This document shows, piece after piece, positions 13,193 to 25,923 of a stretch of DNA of 64,000 nucleotides; the stretch's first letter is position 1, and each line of letters opens with the position of its first letter. The stretch spans positions 18,414,001-18,478,000 of the forward strand of contig JBHGNT010000016.1 in the NCBI GenBank assembly GCA_043228905.1. The letters run 5' to 3'. The position numbers and the translations under genes were made by a program. The stretch is from Azolla caroliniana (taxonomy: Eukaryota > Plantae > Polypodiophyta). The notes beneath the pieces were generated by a model, which worked only from the letters and a program-made list of their open reading frames with translations, searched no databases and was not told where the DNA came from.

Positions 13193-16030
13193 AATATGTC
13201 GCGTTGCTACGCGCGTGCGTGGAGAAGGGCGGGACCACGGGGGTCTTGGACTAAGGAGTAGAGGAGAAGGAATCAAACATGGAATGGAAGCTTTGCTCAA
13301 GAAGAAGAAGAACGAACAAGAGATTAGATCGAACAAGAGGAAGATGGAGACAAGATGATCAACAAGATATATTAAAACGAAATGAAAGATTACAAAATGG
13401 TGGCCGCATAGGCCGCACCAAACGACTACTCGAAACCCTAACCAACGAAGATGAAGATAAAGATAAAGAAACCTAACCCTAACGCTCGACCTATGTGGTA
13501 TACCTCGCACACTCAAAAATAGGCAACCCCCACAATGGTGCCTTCCCTCTCCTTTTATAGCACAAGGAGGGAAGACCATTTACAAAAGTGAGACTAAAAT
13601 ATCCCCTCTCATTCAAAGGGGATATTTGCCTTGATTTTGGGAGGGTGAGATTGATGGCCCCTTAACTCCCACCTCCACACAAACAACTAGGTACCTATGT
13701 ACCGCATAGTACCTCTCTCTCTCTCACGCGTGGATGTGCGCACAATACCACATCACCTTTATACCTTAGGGATCCTATGGGCATTTCTAGCACCATACAC
13801 TTTACCCTTATTACTATTACAAATACATTATGTACGTGTGCAACGTTGCACATCGCTCTTTGGCTCTCATTGCTCGGGTTTCTGCTTGTGGACGAAAATC
13901 TTCACGACAACGGTTCTCACCGGGTCTTCCTTGCCGGGTACTCATATCCCATCTAGAGGGACCGAAATCCTAACAAAATCCCCCTTCACTCCGGCATGGG
14001 ATACCTCGTCAATCCGATCCTCTTCCTGCATGCATCCAGCTTGTCGGGTGTCAGCACTTTAGTCAGCATATCTGACCCATTCTCCTCCGTGTGGATCTTC
14101 GTCAACACGAACTCTCGATCTTCCACTCGTTCCCGGATCCAGTGGTACCTCCGTTGGATGTGCTTCATCCTGGAATGCTACGTTGCGTTCTTCACAAGGT
14201 GGATGGTACTTTGATTGTTGCAGTAGAGCCGGTATTCCTCTTGCCAGATCCCTAGCTCTTCGATGAAGTAGTATTTCCTTGCCGGCTTCCACAGCCACCA
14301 TGTACTCCGCCTCCGTGGTTGACAACGCAACCGTCTTCTACAGCCTCGACTGCCACGAAACAACCCCCCCTGCATACGTCATGACATATCCGGATGTTGA
14401 CCAGCTGGTATCCACATCAGCTGACATATCCGAATTAGTGAAACCGTCAAGTTGGGGTTTACCAAAGCCGAATCGGAGATACATACTTGAGGTGCCTTTC
14501 AAATACCAGAGTATCCATTTTACCGCATTCCAGTGCTCCTTGCCGGGATTGCTCATAAACTAGCTCACCACTCCGACTGCGTATCCGATATCCACTCGGG
14601 TACACACCATTGCGTACATTAAGCTCCCGACGGCAGAGATATATGGTATCTTCATCAAATCCGCCTTCTCTGCCTTCGTCGATCCGACCGGTTTTGCATC
14701 TGACATGTTGAACCGTTGAAGCACCTTTGTCACGTATTTCTCATGTCACAGCCACAATTGCTTCTTTGACCGGTCCCGGATGATATGCAACCCCAATATA
14801 TGTCTTGCCAGACCCAACTCTTTCATTGAGAAGGTCTGATTCAGAGCCTTCTTTAGCATCCGTATCTGGACTTGGTCTCATCCGACGATCAACATGTCGT
14901 CCACGTACAGGAGGAGTATCAGGAAGTCTCCACCTTCAAACTTCTTCACAAATACGCAATGATCGGCCTGCGTCTTGTGGTACCCTTGATTGGTCATGAA
15001 GAAGTTGAACTTCCGGTACCATTGCCGGGGAGCCTGCTTCAAACCGTAGAGGCTCTTCTACAACCGGCAAACCAGGTGGTCCTTCCCTTTCTTCACAAAT
15101 CCCTTCGGTTGTTGCGTGTAGATCTCTTCTTCGAGGTCGCCGTGGAGGAACGATGTCTTCACATCTAACTGCTCTACCTCGAGGTCCATGCTCGTTGTTA
15201 TGCTCGCACCGTCCGGATGGAAGTCATCTTTACTATCGGGGCAAATATCTCGTCGAAGTCCACACCCTTCTTCTGCTGGAACCCCTTCACCACAATCCTA
15301 GCTTTGTATCTTGGGGGGTTGCCGGCATCTCCCGGTCTCAACTTGTACACCCACTTCTTCCGGAGTGCCCGCTTTTCTTTCGGCAACTCCACCAGTTCAT
15401 ACGTGTGGTTCTCATGCAGGGAATCCATCTCATCTTGCATGACACTCAACCACTTGTAGTTGTGGGTGTCCTCCTTTGCTTCTTTGAAGCTTTTCGGCTC
15501 CCCCTCATCGGTTAGCAACACGCGCTCTGCATCCGGAAATCTCCGAGGGGCCCTTCTCTCTCTGAGAGGATATTTGCATCCTTGTCTTTCGGCAACCGGC
15601 TCCTTTGTTTGTTCTTCATCCGAATCCGATTCGGGGTCTTTGCCGGTTTCGGTTTCTGCTTCCTCTTCTTCTTCGGTCGATTCAGTTTCCTCTCCATAAC
15701 CAGCCGGTTCTTCGAGTGTTAACCGGCTCTTTGTCGGTTGGGTCTGCACATCACCAAATCGATTCTTACCGGTCGACTCGGAGTTCATTATCTTCTTCTC
15801 TGACTCCCTGTCAGCAAGGGTCTTGTCCTCCATGAAGATAATATCTCGACTCCAGAAAACCTTCTTGTCAACCGGATCCCACACTCGGTAGCTGAACTCA
15901 TCGTCGTCGTATCCGAGGAATATGCAAAGCCGGGACTTTGAATCTACCTTTGCTCTTCGGTCCTTTGCAATATGCACGTAAGCGAGACACTCGAACACCT
16001 TCAGATGCCGGTAAGACACTTCCTTACTGG

Positions 16031-16688
16031 TGTCGTGAAGAAAACCGGCCATAGGCGGGATCGGAGAAAAAGGCGCATGAACCGGCTCTTACATAGGTGG
16101 ACGCGAGAATTGATATTTTGGACATAATTCATAATTAGGTCAGCTGATGTAAATACTAGGTAGTACACATTTATTAGGGGATTTTTGCGTATCTCTGTCG
16201 AAAGGGACAAGGAATAAAGCAATTTGACTAGGGAAGAAGGGTCTCCCCTTTGCGAACTATTTAAGGAGGGAGAGAAGGAAGAATAGGGATCGCGCATTGG
16301 CGAGGACGAACTGCTGCTGCAGAACCGAGTGTCGAGCTCTCTCTCCTCCGATCGTCGTTCTCTATGGGTGTCGGGAATTCGTTGCCTCTGCTTCGTGGAC
16401 AACCCGTGCGCTTCCAGTAGAGACTCTCCCTCCTTTCTTTTGTTTCTTCGAGTCGAGTGGCTGTCGTCGGTGTGCGTGAGTAGGGCCTTGTGTCAGGTCC
16501 ATTACCGGTTTGCCGGTTGTAACTGTTCGAGTTGTAAGCTACAGATTATAGTAATCGGATTCTTGTTTCTTGCTCTTGTTTTCCTTCTGTGTATCTGCAA
16601 CTCTCTCTCTCTCTCTCTCACTCTCTCCTTGGTCCAAGACCCCCGTGGTCCCGCCTCCTCCTACACGCGAACGCGAAACTTCGCGACA
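16031..16688 (+). mobile_element. Solo LTR of the Trp-gypsy lineage inside the B integrase
   Basis: TGTCGTG...CGCGACA ends, similar to the D LTR. Flanks CTGG/TCGG are a decayed CCGG 4-bp TSD. Confidence 0.9.
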
Positions 16689-17491
16689 TCGGTTCACACT
16701 TTCTGCGGCATCCCTCCGTCCAAGGGTACTGAGGGTGATCTGTTTATCACATATGTCGTTGTCGCAAGCGCCTCAACCCAAAACGTTGTCGCGGAGAAAA
16801 CCGTCCCTAGGCGGAATCGGAAAATGATGTGCGCGAACCGGCCCTTACACGCGGGCACAAGTTTTATTGTAATATACATATTTAGGTACAAGTCGGCTGA
16901 TGTGAATATCCTAGGTCGCACAGATTTGATAGGTAGGAAATTGGGTCATATCTCTGTCCAAAAGGACAGAGAATAAAGATGACGTAACAAGTTGTAACGG
17001 CCTCCCTCCTTGGGCTATAAAAGAGAGGGAGAGGAATTGTAAGGGGGATTGCCTTTTTGTCGAGGACGAAGTGCTGTCGAACTGGGATCGAGCTCTTCTC
17101 CTCCGTCTTTCTCTGTATTTGCTCTGTGCAGGTTTTTGGGAGGTTGACTCTGCTCCGCAGAACGCTCGAGTGCTTCTAGTAGAGTCTCCATCTCGCTCTT
17201 CTGTGTGCGGGTGCGTAGGCGTAGGAGATTTGTCGCTCACCGGCCTGCCGGTTGTAACCCCTTTTTCATCAGAATATATATATACATATACGCATTCGTC
17301 TCATTTCCATTGTTTCATTTGATTGCGGTTTCTGTGTATCTGCGTGTGTGTGTGTGTGTGTGTGTTGAAGCACGACCGTTGTCTTTCTTGCTCCTACTAT
17401 TGATTGGTTATTCCTCGGTCCAAGACACCTGTGGTCTCGCCTCGTTCTATATGCACACGCGTAACAACGCGACATATTTGGTGAACTCAAC

Positions 17492-19603
17492 GTGAATAGG
17501 CGGCAGAGGAATAGAGAAGATGAGGGAACGGAGCTTGCAGAAGCCATGGCTTTAGCTGTAGATCGATTAGTGAGTGCGTGTGAAGGCACAAGCGCCCTCG
17601 GTGGAAAGGACGCCACGAACTACTTGGAGGCCTACCGAGCCGAAATGGTGATGAGGGACATTCCGGAAGACATGCGACTGGCCGGATTCCCTCGGGTGGC
17701 GATGCCGGGCATCCACGCGGAGGTGCTCGAGGTACGGGCTGAGAGCCGGACTTGGGAAGAGTTTGAAGGTCGGCTTCTTGAGAAATACAAGCTTGATGAC
17801 GCACTTCGGCTATCGAAGTGGGACTTCATGGAATGGGTGGAGACCACCGAAAAGGGGAGAAACACGTCAATGCTCCTCCGGGAGTTTGAAGAACGCTTCA
17901 TGCGTCTTTCGACACTGGATCGGACCGTACTAGACACAAGTCATGTCCTATTATTTGTTAAATCAGTGGACGTGAGGGACCGAGAGCAAGTGGGCCTCCT
18001 GCTGGAGACCAATGATGAGCTAACGGCCGACTGGGCCGTGGTGAAGAGAGTCTGCGGCGGTTTCGACAAACGGCGTGAGTGGGCCGATAAGGGCTCGTCG
18101 GGGGCGGGCTCTGTTGCGGCAAGGAAGCTCGAGGTAGCCCCACCGATGCGAAGGGAGGAGACCCGAGACTGGCTCGAGACCGGCTCGACTTCGACCAGCG
18201 TGGTCAAAGGCCTGTCTGGAGGAGCGGCTCTGGAGGAGCTAACTTAGATGGTGAGGGACCTCCAAATTGCACAGGCACGGAGGGACGGCGGGGAACAAGT
18301 CCGTGATCGAAGGCCTCCGACTAGGCATCAGTGCTTGTGGTGCGACGTGATCGGCCACGCCCAAAAGGACTGCGGGGACTTCGCCGAAGCGATAAGGGCC
18401 AATGTGGTGTACCTATGGAATGAGCAGGTACACGCTAGCGAAACCCGGAGGGCCCTAGATTTGAACGTCGGACGAGGGGGGATGAAACGGCTAATGGAGG
18501 ACGCGGCGGCTCACCACGCGGAGACCATCCACTACTCGGTGTTGGCGGGAATCCGGGTCGGGAGTGATGAAGTCCGGAAAACGAAGGACTCCGAGTTCTG
18601 GTTGTTGATGCTGGAAGGCCTAGCCGGCGTACAGCTAAGGAAAGAGGAAGCAGATCGCGCGGAAAGACAGATCTGGGAGGTAACCCGGTGGAGTGACCCG
18701 GTCGAAGAGAAGATGGGCTTCGTGGAAGCCGCGTGCCAGAACCACGAGGTTCTAGTGGAAGACAAGCGCACGGGAAAAACTGAGGGGGTTGGACCCTCAC
18801 AGTGGTATGAAACCCGGTTCAGGCTGAAGCAGAATTATATCGGTGCATCCGGCGCACCGGACAAGGCCAAGAAGACCGGTTACCGGTTGAGCATAGAGAT
18901 CAAAAGGACCACGGACCTACGAAAGGTCTTGGAGGAACAGATCCTCGACAGCAAAGTGGAGTCGTCACTGAGGGAAGTGCTTGGTATCGCCAAGAAGGAG
19001 TTCCACGACTCCATCATAGACTTGGTTAAGCGGAAAAGGCTTTCGACGGAGCCGGAGCCGGAAAGGCCGGTGGAGGTGCGAATGACGCACCTAGAAGGCA
19101 TGGCCCTGGAGGATGAATTGGCGGAAAGCCACTACTCGAGGCTACATTGGGCTAGGGCCACTACGGAAACCCCTGTTCGGATCGGGGACATCCAGGAGCC
19201 GGTCGTGGCGTTGGTAGACCACGGTTCGGAGATCAACTTGATGTCCATGGACTTCTACAAGAAGGGAAAGTGGCCGATCAACACCAAGCACGGGTGGAAG
19301 ATACGGGCAGCAACGCGCACCACGGAGGAGCTACACGGAGCCTGCCTGAATGTACGAGTGAAAATCGGCGATGTCGAGATCGATCAACACTTCTTTGTGC
19401 AGGAGACGTCCTCGCATCCGGTGATACTCGGAGAACCGTACATCACGGCGGCACGCATGGAGATGAAGGTGATGGACAATGGTTCGGCGTATGCCCGAGT
19501 CAAAAGCCAAGATGGTCGTCACTCTGTTTAGTTTCTGACGGTACAACCGAACCACGAGCGTAACTGCGAGACCCTTGGCGGCGAAAGCTGAGGGGATTTT
19601 TAG
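17492..19603 (+). pseudogene. D Gag-protease ORF (internal stops)
   Basis: One frame through ORFs 17492-18247 and 18248-19531. Zn knuckle CLWCDVIGHAQKDC, protease ALVDHGSEINLM and VILGEPY. The frame ends at GAT TTT TAG (19595-19603). Confidence 0.88.
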
Positions 19604-19659
19604 AGAGGGCTATCAAGGCGTGGGGATGCGATAGTCCAGACACTCCGGAAAAACCCCAC
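19594..19659 (+). promoter_or_regulatory. Putative -1 ribosomal frameshift signal (slippery G GAT TTT plus H-type pseudoknot)
   Basis: Heptamer at 19594-19600 and a 6-nt spacer. Stem GGGCTATC (19607-19614) pairs with GATAGTCC (19630-19637), and loop GTGGGG (19620-19625) is complementary to CCCCAC (19654-19659). The -1 frame is the frame of ORF 19825. Confidence 0.75.
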
Positions 19660-22600
19660 ACATGTACAGAAGGCAAAAGAACCTATAACATAGGTAGGAA
19701 GTTTTGGTTCTCTGACAGCGGAGGTTGTAATATAGCTGGCATCGTTGGCCAAGAGAAGAAGCGGGCAGAAGAGTGACTCAGGGCATGCAGAGTCCTCACC
19801 CCCGAAGAGGAAATCAACAGAGCCATGGAGGCGGTCTCTCTTGACGACACCTTGGGGAAGTTACGGAAGATATTCGAAGAGGGCCTTAGTGAAGACCGGA
19901 CGATTCCGGTATGTTCGGAAAAGATGTACGAAGTCATCGCCGACTTCGGTAGAGGACTCGAGTCGGATCGGATGGCCCGAGTGGATACGAAGTACAAGAC
20001 CGTGGACCAGAAGGTGAGGCCAGTCGTGGCATCCTTGCCGGAGGGCAGCGAGTTACGGATGAAGGGGGTCGCGTCAGACCCAAGCTTACAAGACCCGGCT
20101 GGCATAGGGCATAGGACCCGGCTGGTGGGGGTGGCTTTCTACTACCGGCGGAGGAGGACCGGTTTCGGAGAATGCTCGGGAGGCACGAGAAGGCCTTTGC
20201 ATTCTCGCCGGAGGAGATCGGGTGCGTTGACCCGACGATTGTGGAACCGATGGTGATCTTCACGGTACCGCATGTACCGTGGAATCTCAAACCGATTCCA
20301 GTACCCAGAGCTCACATCCCGAAGCTGATGGAGCTGCTGAAACAGAAGGTGGATATGGGCATCATTGAACCGTCGAGTGCCCCGTATTCTAATCGGTGGT
20401 TTACCGTGCCCCAGAAGAACGGCACACTACGCTTCATTCAGGACCTGCAACCGGTCAACAAGGTGCCCATTCGGAACGCAGGAATCGGACCGACCATAGA
20501 CGAGTTCGCGGAGGCCTTCGCCAGAAGGTCAATTTACTTGGTTGACAATCTGTACTTGGGATACGATCAATTCCAGGTAGCTGTGGAGAGCAGGGACATT
20601 ACGACAATGCAGACTCCTCTCGGCCTAGTACGGATGTGTACCCTTCCGCAAGGAGGGACGAGCTCGGTAGCCCACATGGTGAACGCAATGAACAAAGTGC
20701 TATGGGATTGTATCCTGGCCATCACCATGCCATTCTTAGATGACATCCTGATCAAAGGATGCCCAATGGAGGATAGGGATGTGACAATCGGACCAAACGG
20801 ATGCCGGAAATTCGTGGTGGACCACGTCGATGACTGCAAGAAGGTGTTGCAAAGACTAGAGGGCGCGAGGTTCACCTTCTCCGGGGAAAAATCGGCCTTT
20901 GGGAAATCGGAGATCATGGTCATCGGACACCTGTGCAGGCCATTCGGTCGGAAACCGTCGCCGGCCAAGGTAGAGGCCATCTCCGCGATGAAGCGCAACT
21001 GAAATTCGGTCACGGAAGTCCAGAGATTCTTGGGAGCATGCGTGTTCAACCATATCTGGATCCCACATTACGCCCACGTCGCGGAGCCGCTCTATGTGTT
21101 GCTGAAAAAAGGGCGTAAATTCGAGTGGAGAGAGGAGCATACAGAGTCGGTTCGGAAAATGAAAGAAGCACTTGCTGCGGCGCCGACACTCCGGAAAGCG
21201 GTCTACTGTAAAGACATTCTGATTTATGTGACCGTAGAAACGAGTCCGACCGGAATCGGATGGGTGATCAACCAGGAGGATGAGAATGGCACGAGGTTCC
21301 CCATCCGGTTTGGCGCGAAAGTCCTTAGTGAACGACAACGAGGGTATGCCCAGGTTAAACGCGAACTCTGGGGTATCGTTTCGGCGGTCAAGGCCGACAA
21401 AGACTACCTGATCGGGATGGAGGTGATAATTGAGACGGACTACCTGCCAATTCTCAGTATGGTTTCCGGATGCGCGACGCCGGACCTGGCAATGCTCAGG
21501 TGGATAGTGTACATCAAGTCCTTGAATCCGGAAATACGACACATTTCCGGAAAGGACAACGCCATGGCCGACATGCTTTTGAGGGTGAGATTCGATGATG
21601 AGGACGGCATGGTTTCGAAGGACGAAGAAGCCGGCGTGGACTTCTTCGAGCTAACTTACGTAACAACAAGGCGAGCACTCTGGCACTTAACGAGTTCGAC
21701 GAGAGCAAGTACGACGGGGAGTGGCTCCAGATCGGCAGGTTCCAAAAGACAATGACACCGGACGTGGCATGGACGAAGGAAGAGACCAACCGGATTCAGA
21801 AGAAATCGTACCGATTCTTTCTACAGGATGGGTGCATATGGAAGCACCCGAAGAAGAGAAACGACATCCTGCTCCAAGTTGTGGCGAAGAAAGAGGAACA
21901 GGTGGAACTGCTGACGGCATACCACGAGAGTCCCTGGGCCGGACACCGCGGGACGTGGGCCACATTCGAGAAGCTAAAGAGGAAGTATTGGTGGCCGGGA
22001 CTATACCGGGACGTGCATCGGTTCGTGACGGCTTGCGAAAGCTGTCATATGCACTCCATAGTTCGACATCGGGATCTGGTGACGATGCCGATGGGGGTAG
22101 GGCAGATGCGATATTTGGTGCTGGCTCGAGAGGACCTGACGAACTAGGTGGAAGGTCGAGTGTTGCCGAACAAAACGACCGCGACCATGTGCCGATTTCT
22201 GATCGAAGAAGTGGTATGCCGGTACGGGTGCGTAGGAAAGATCATAGCCGATCGTGGAGAACTGGACGCACAAGAGGCTGAAGAGTTGTTTGACCGGCTA
22301 GGGGTTAAACTCTCGCTCACCACGGCATAAATCCGGAGGCAAACGGGAAGGTGGAACGCGGATACGAGCCGATCTTCAAAGCGTTAGTGCGGGCATGTGG
22401 AGGCCAGGTCGGAAATTGGCTACAGCTCTTACCCTATGCGTTGTGGGCCAACCGAACTACGCACAGTTCGGTAACCGGGTTCATGCTGGTGGAGCTTATG
22501 TACGGGCAGAAGCCGGTCATGCCAATAGAGCGAACGATCTCCTCATGGGCCACGGTGGACTGGAGAGACGAGATGAGTCGGGAGGAGCTGTTAGCGGTGC

Positions 22601-23004
22601 GGATCCGACAGCTCAAGAGAAGACCGGAGCATGTGGAACGAGCCGTGAAAAAGCTGTGGGCCGCGAGGGTAAAGAACAAGGGACGATTCGACCGGACTCA
22701 CCAACTAAGGCCGAAGAAAATTGAGGAAGGCGATTGGGTTCTGGTATATGACAACAGCCTCAACAACTAGCACAAGGCGATGCGGAAGTTCACAAGGAGG
22801 TGGTTCGGGCCTTTGGTGACAAGCGCCAACGACAACGGGACCTACCATCTCACGGAGCTTGACGGGACAAGGATGGCAGTACCGGTGGCCGGGAAAAGGA
22901 TCAAAGCATTCAAAAAGCGGCACGAGGATGAACCGGACCCGGACGACTTGGATAATGAAGACAACCGGTTCGGAGCGAATGGCGATCTGGAGGACGAAGG
23001 GTAA
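19594..23004 (+). pseudogene. D Pol (RT-RNase H-integrase), fragmented
   Basis: RT motifs LRFIQDLQPVN, LPQGG and MPFLDDIL. RNase H motifs VETSPTGIGWV, ETDYLP and NAMADML. Integrase HESPWAGH..CESC, ADRGE and WFGP, with an acidic tail and no chromodomain. Confidence 0.9.
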
Positions 23005-25847
23005 GAGCGGGCCGGTGTTCTCCGGCAAGAGTCTATTTTGGCGCATACCAGTGGATGCACGGTCAGGTGGGGGCAGATGTCGTGGAGAAAACCGTCCCTA
23101 GGCGGAATCGGAGAATGATGTGCGCGAACCGGCCCTTACACACGGGCACAAGTTTTGTTGTAATATACATATTTAGGTACAAGTCGGCTTATGTGAATAT
23201 CCTAGGTCGCACGGATTTGATAGGTAGGAAATCGAGGCATATCTCTATCCGAAAGGACAGAGAATAAAGATGATGTAACAAGTTGTAACGGCCTCCCTCC
23301 TTGGGCTATAAAAGAGAGGGAGAGGAATCATAAGGGGGATCGCCTTTTTGTCGAGGACGAAGTGTTGCCGGACTGGGATCGAGCTCTTCTCCTCCGTCTT
23401 TCTCTGTATTTGCTCTATGCAGGTTTTCGGGAGGCTGACTCTGCTCCGCAGAACGCCCGAGTACTTCCAGTAGAGTCTCCATCTCGCTCTTCTGTGTGTG
23501 TGTGTGTGTGTGTGCGTAGGCGTAGGAGATTTGTCGCTCACCGGCCTGCCGGTTGTAACCCCTTTTTCATCAGAATATATATATATATACATATACGCAT
23601 TCGTGTCGTTTCCGTTGTTTCATTCGATTGAGGTTTTTGTGTATTTGTGTGTGTGTGTGGAAGCATGACCGTTGTCTTTCTTGCTCCTTCTCCTGATCGG
23701 GTATTCCTCGGTCCAAGACCCCCGTGGTCCCGCCTCATTCTATACGCATGCGCGTAACAACGCGACAACGTCTTGGGTAACTTTGCATGTGCCACCATAC
23801 TCCTGACCCTCTCCATTATGGTCCGGTTCATCCTCCCGGCCAACCCGTTTAGTTCTGGCGTCTTCGGCACGGTAAATTCGAGCCGAATTCCCTTCGAGCA
23901 GCAGTACTCCTCGAACTGCCCCCTGTATTCTCCTCCGTTGTCTGCTTGAACCGCCTTCAACTTTAGGCCGGTTTCTCTTTCCACTCTCACGTGGAGCTCC
24001 TTGAAGATGGATAACACCTGATCTTTCGTCTTCAACGGTGTGGCCCACAGCTTCCGATTGTGGTCATCTATGAATGTCACGAAGTACTGCGCTCCGGCAT
24101 GTGACTTCGTGTCCACTTGACACACATTAGTATGCACCAACTCCAGTGATGCATTACGTCTCATCGGTGGCCTTGATCGAAAGGAGGTCCGGTTTTGCTT
24201 ACCGGCCAGGCAGTCGGTGCACCTCTCAAGATGCACATCCTTCACCGGAATGAGGTTGTCATTGGCAAGCCTCTTCATCCCCTTCACGCTCATGTGACAC
24301 AGTCTCTTGTGCCACAGCTCACCGGCAGTGTCGGAAGCAACGTTCACTTCTTCCGGGCATAACTAGGCATTCATCAGGTACAGTGTGTTGACCTTCCGAG
24401 CCTGAGCCACAATCAGGCTCCCCTTGCTGAACTTCATGACATCGTTCTGGATGCTACCCATGCTACCCATGTAGCCTTCAGACATCCTTCAACAGCAACT
24501 TGCATCCGGTTGGTGTTGTCACCCACACGTCTCCTATGCCGACAATTGTCATTCCCCATCCGGACACAGTTGTGATCACTGGGTATGTAGGATGAGAAGC
24601 ATTTCCGGTCCGAGGTCAGGTGGAACAATGCTCTGGAATCGACAACCCACATTGTCTCGTCACCGACAAGGTTCAACTCACTCTCCTCAGTGATGAGCAT
24701 CGACTCTTCTTCACTTCCCGCGATTGCCGTCGTTCCCTTCCGGTCCGGTCTTTACCGTTCCGGTCCGGTGACCGCTTCGAATCGGTATTGTCGGTTTCCT
24801 TGTCTTTCCGGAAATGCCAACAGTTCTTCTGGAAGTGCCCCAGCTTCCCACAATAGAAGCAAGTGGGCCTTGCCCTTGACTTTGACCGTGTCCCCGACTT
24901 TTCCCAATTCTAGGGACTCCGGTTCCTTTTTCTTCCTCGTTTCGATTCTGTAAGGAGCGCTTTGGAGTCAAAGCTCGTATCCTTGTCTTTCCAGCACGCC
25001 TCCTGATCTAGCAAGCTCGACTTGACTCTTGCTAGGGATAATTGTTTTCCTTCCGGCCCGGCATTGCCCAAAGTGACAACTAACGTCTCCCATCTATCTA
25101 GGAGGGAACCGCGCAGGAGCAATGCTAGTACCTCATTGGTGAGAGGTACTTCCAACGATGTTGCCTGGTGAATCAGCCCCTGGAAGGCATTCATGTGCTC
25201 CGCCATGCTAGAGCCATCTTGATAGTGGAGCCTCACTAGCTTCCAAAATATCGAAACTTGATTTGCAGCATTTTTGTTTTGAAACATAATGTCGATCTTC
25301 TCCCAGAGCTCATGAGCCTTACTCTCCTCATTAAAGTTGTTGTACAGGCTCATGTTGATCAAGCACCGTATGTACGCCGTTGTCTTCATGTGCATCACCT
25401 CCCATATCGTGGCATCGATCTTCTCCGGTCTCTTGTCCCCAAACTGAACCGGCAACCAAAGATCTTTAACCACGAGCATGTCCCTCATCTTCGACTTCCA
25501 CACTGAGTAGTTGGAACCGATGAGCTTGAACATGTCTCCCAATGAATCTTCCATTTTCTGTGTTGTTTCACTCTGATACCAGAGTGTAGCGAATATGCGA
25601 AATAATGCTCGGCCACAACCGATTCTTCAATCAGTTAATGATAATCAAACACAGAAAAAAGGGGAAATGGAAGTAAGTACACAAACAGAAAGGAATGCAC
25701 AGGATGTTAACATGGAAAACCCTAAATGGGAAAAACCACGGGAGCTCACAAACTCCAACTATCACTATGTCGAGAGGAATACAACAAGTAAACACCGAGG
25801 CAACGGCCTCGTGCTCACAATCTTCGCCTGGCAGCGGTTACAACAGA

Positions 25848-25849
<2 letters not shown>

Positions 25850-25915
<66 letters not shown>
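25850..25915. repeat. (CT)n microsatellite expanded in the 5' LTR of B
   Basis: Long pure CT run; the 3' LTR equivalent (~9340-9363) is short and interrupted. Confidence 0.95.

Positions 25916-25923
<8 letters not shown>

Larger units (their letters stand above)
9611..13909 (-). mobile_element. Non-autonomous tRNA-Trp-primed gypsy-lineage element C (gag plus tandem repeats, no pol)
   Basis: Full LTR 13197-13909 and truncated LTR ~9611-9781. PBS 13175-13192. PPT aggtgggggcgga (9782-9794) is shared with D. Inserted in the 3' LTR of B. Confidence 0.88.
16787..23767 (+). mobile_element. Full-length Ty3/gypsy element D (non-chromodomain, tRNA-Trp PBS), decayed
   Basis: LTRs 16787-17474 and 23078-23767, with 4-bp TSD ACGT (16783-16786 / 23768-23771). 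PBS 17479-17496 (2 mismatches) and PPT 23065-23077. Domain order Gag-PR-RT-RH-IN. Confidence 0.95.
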
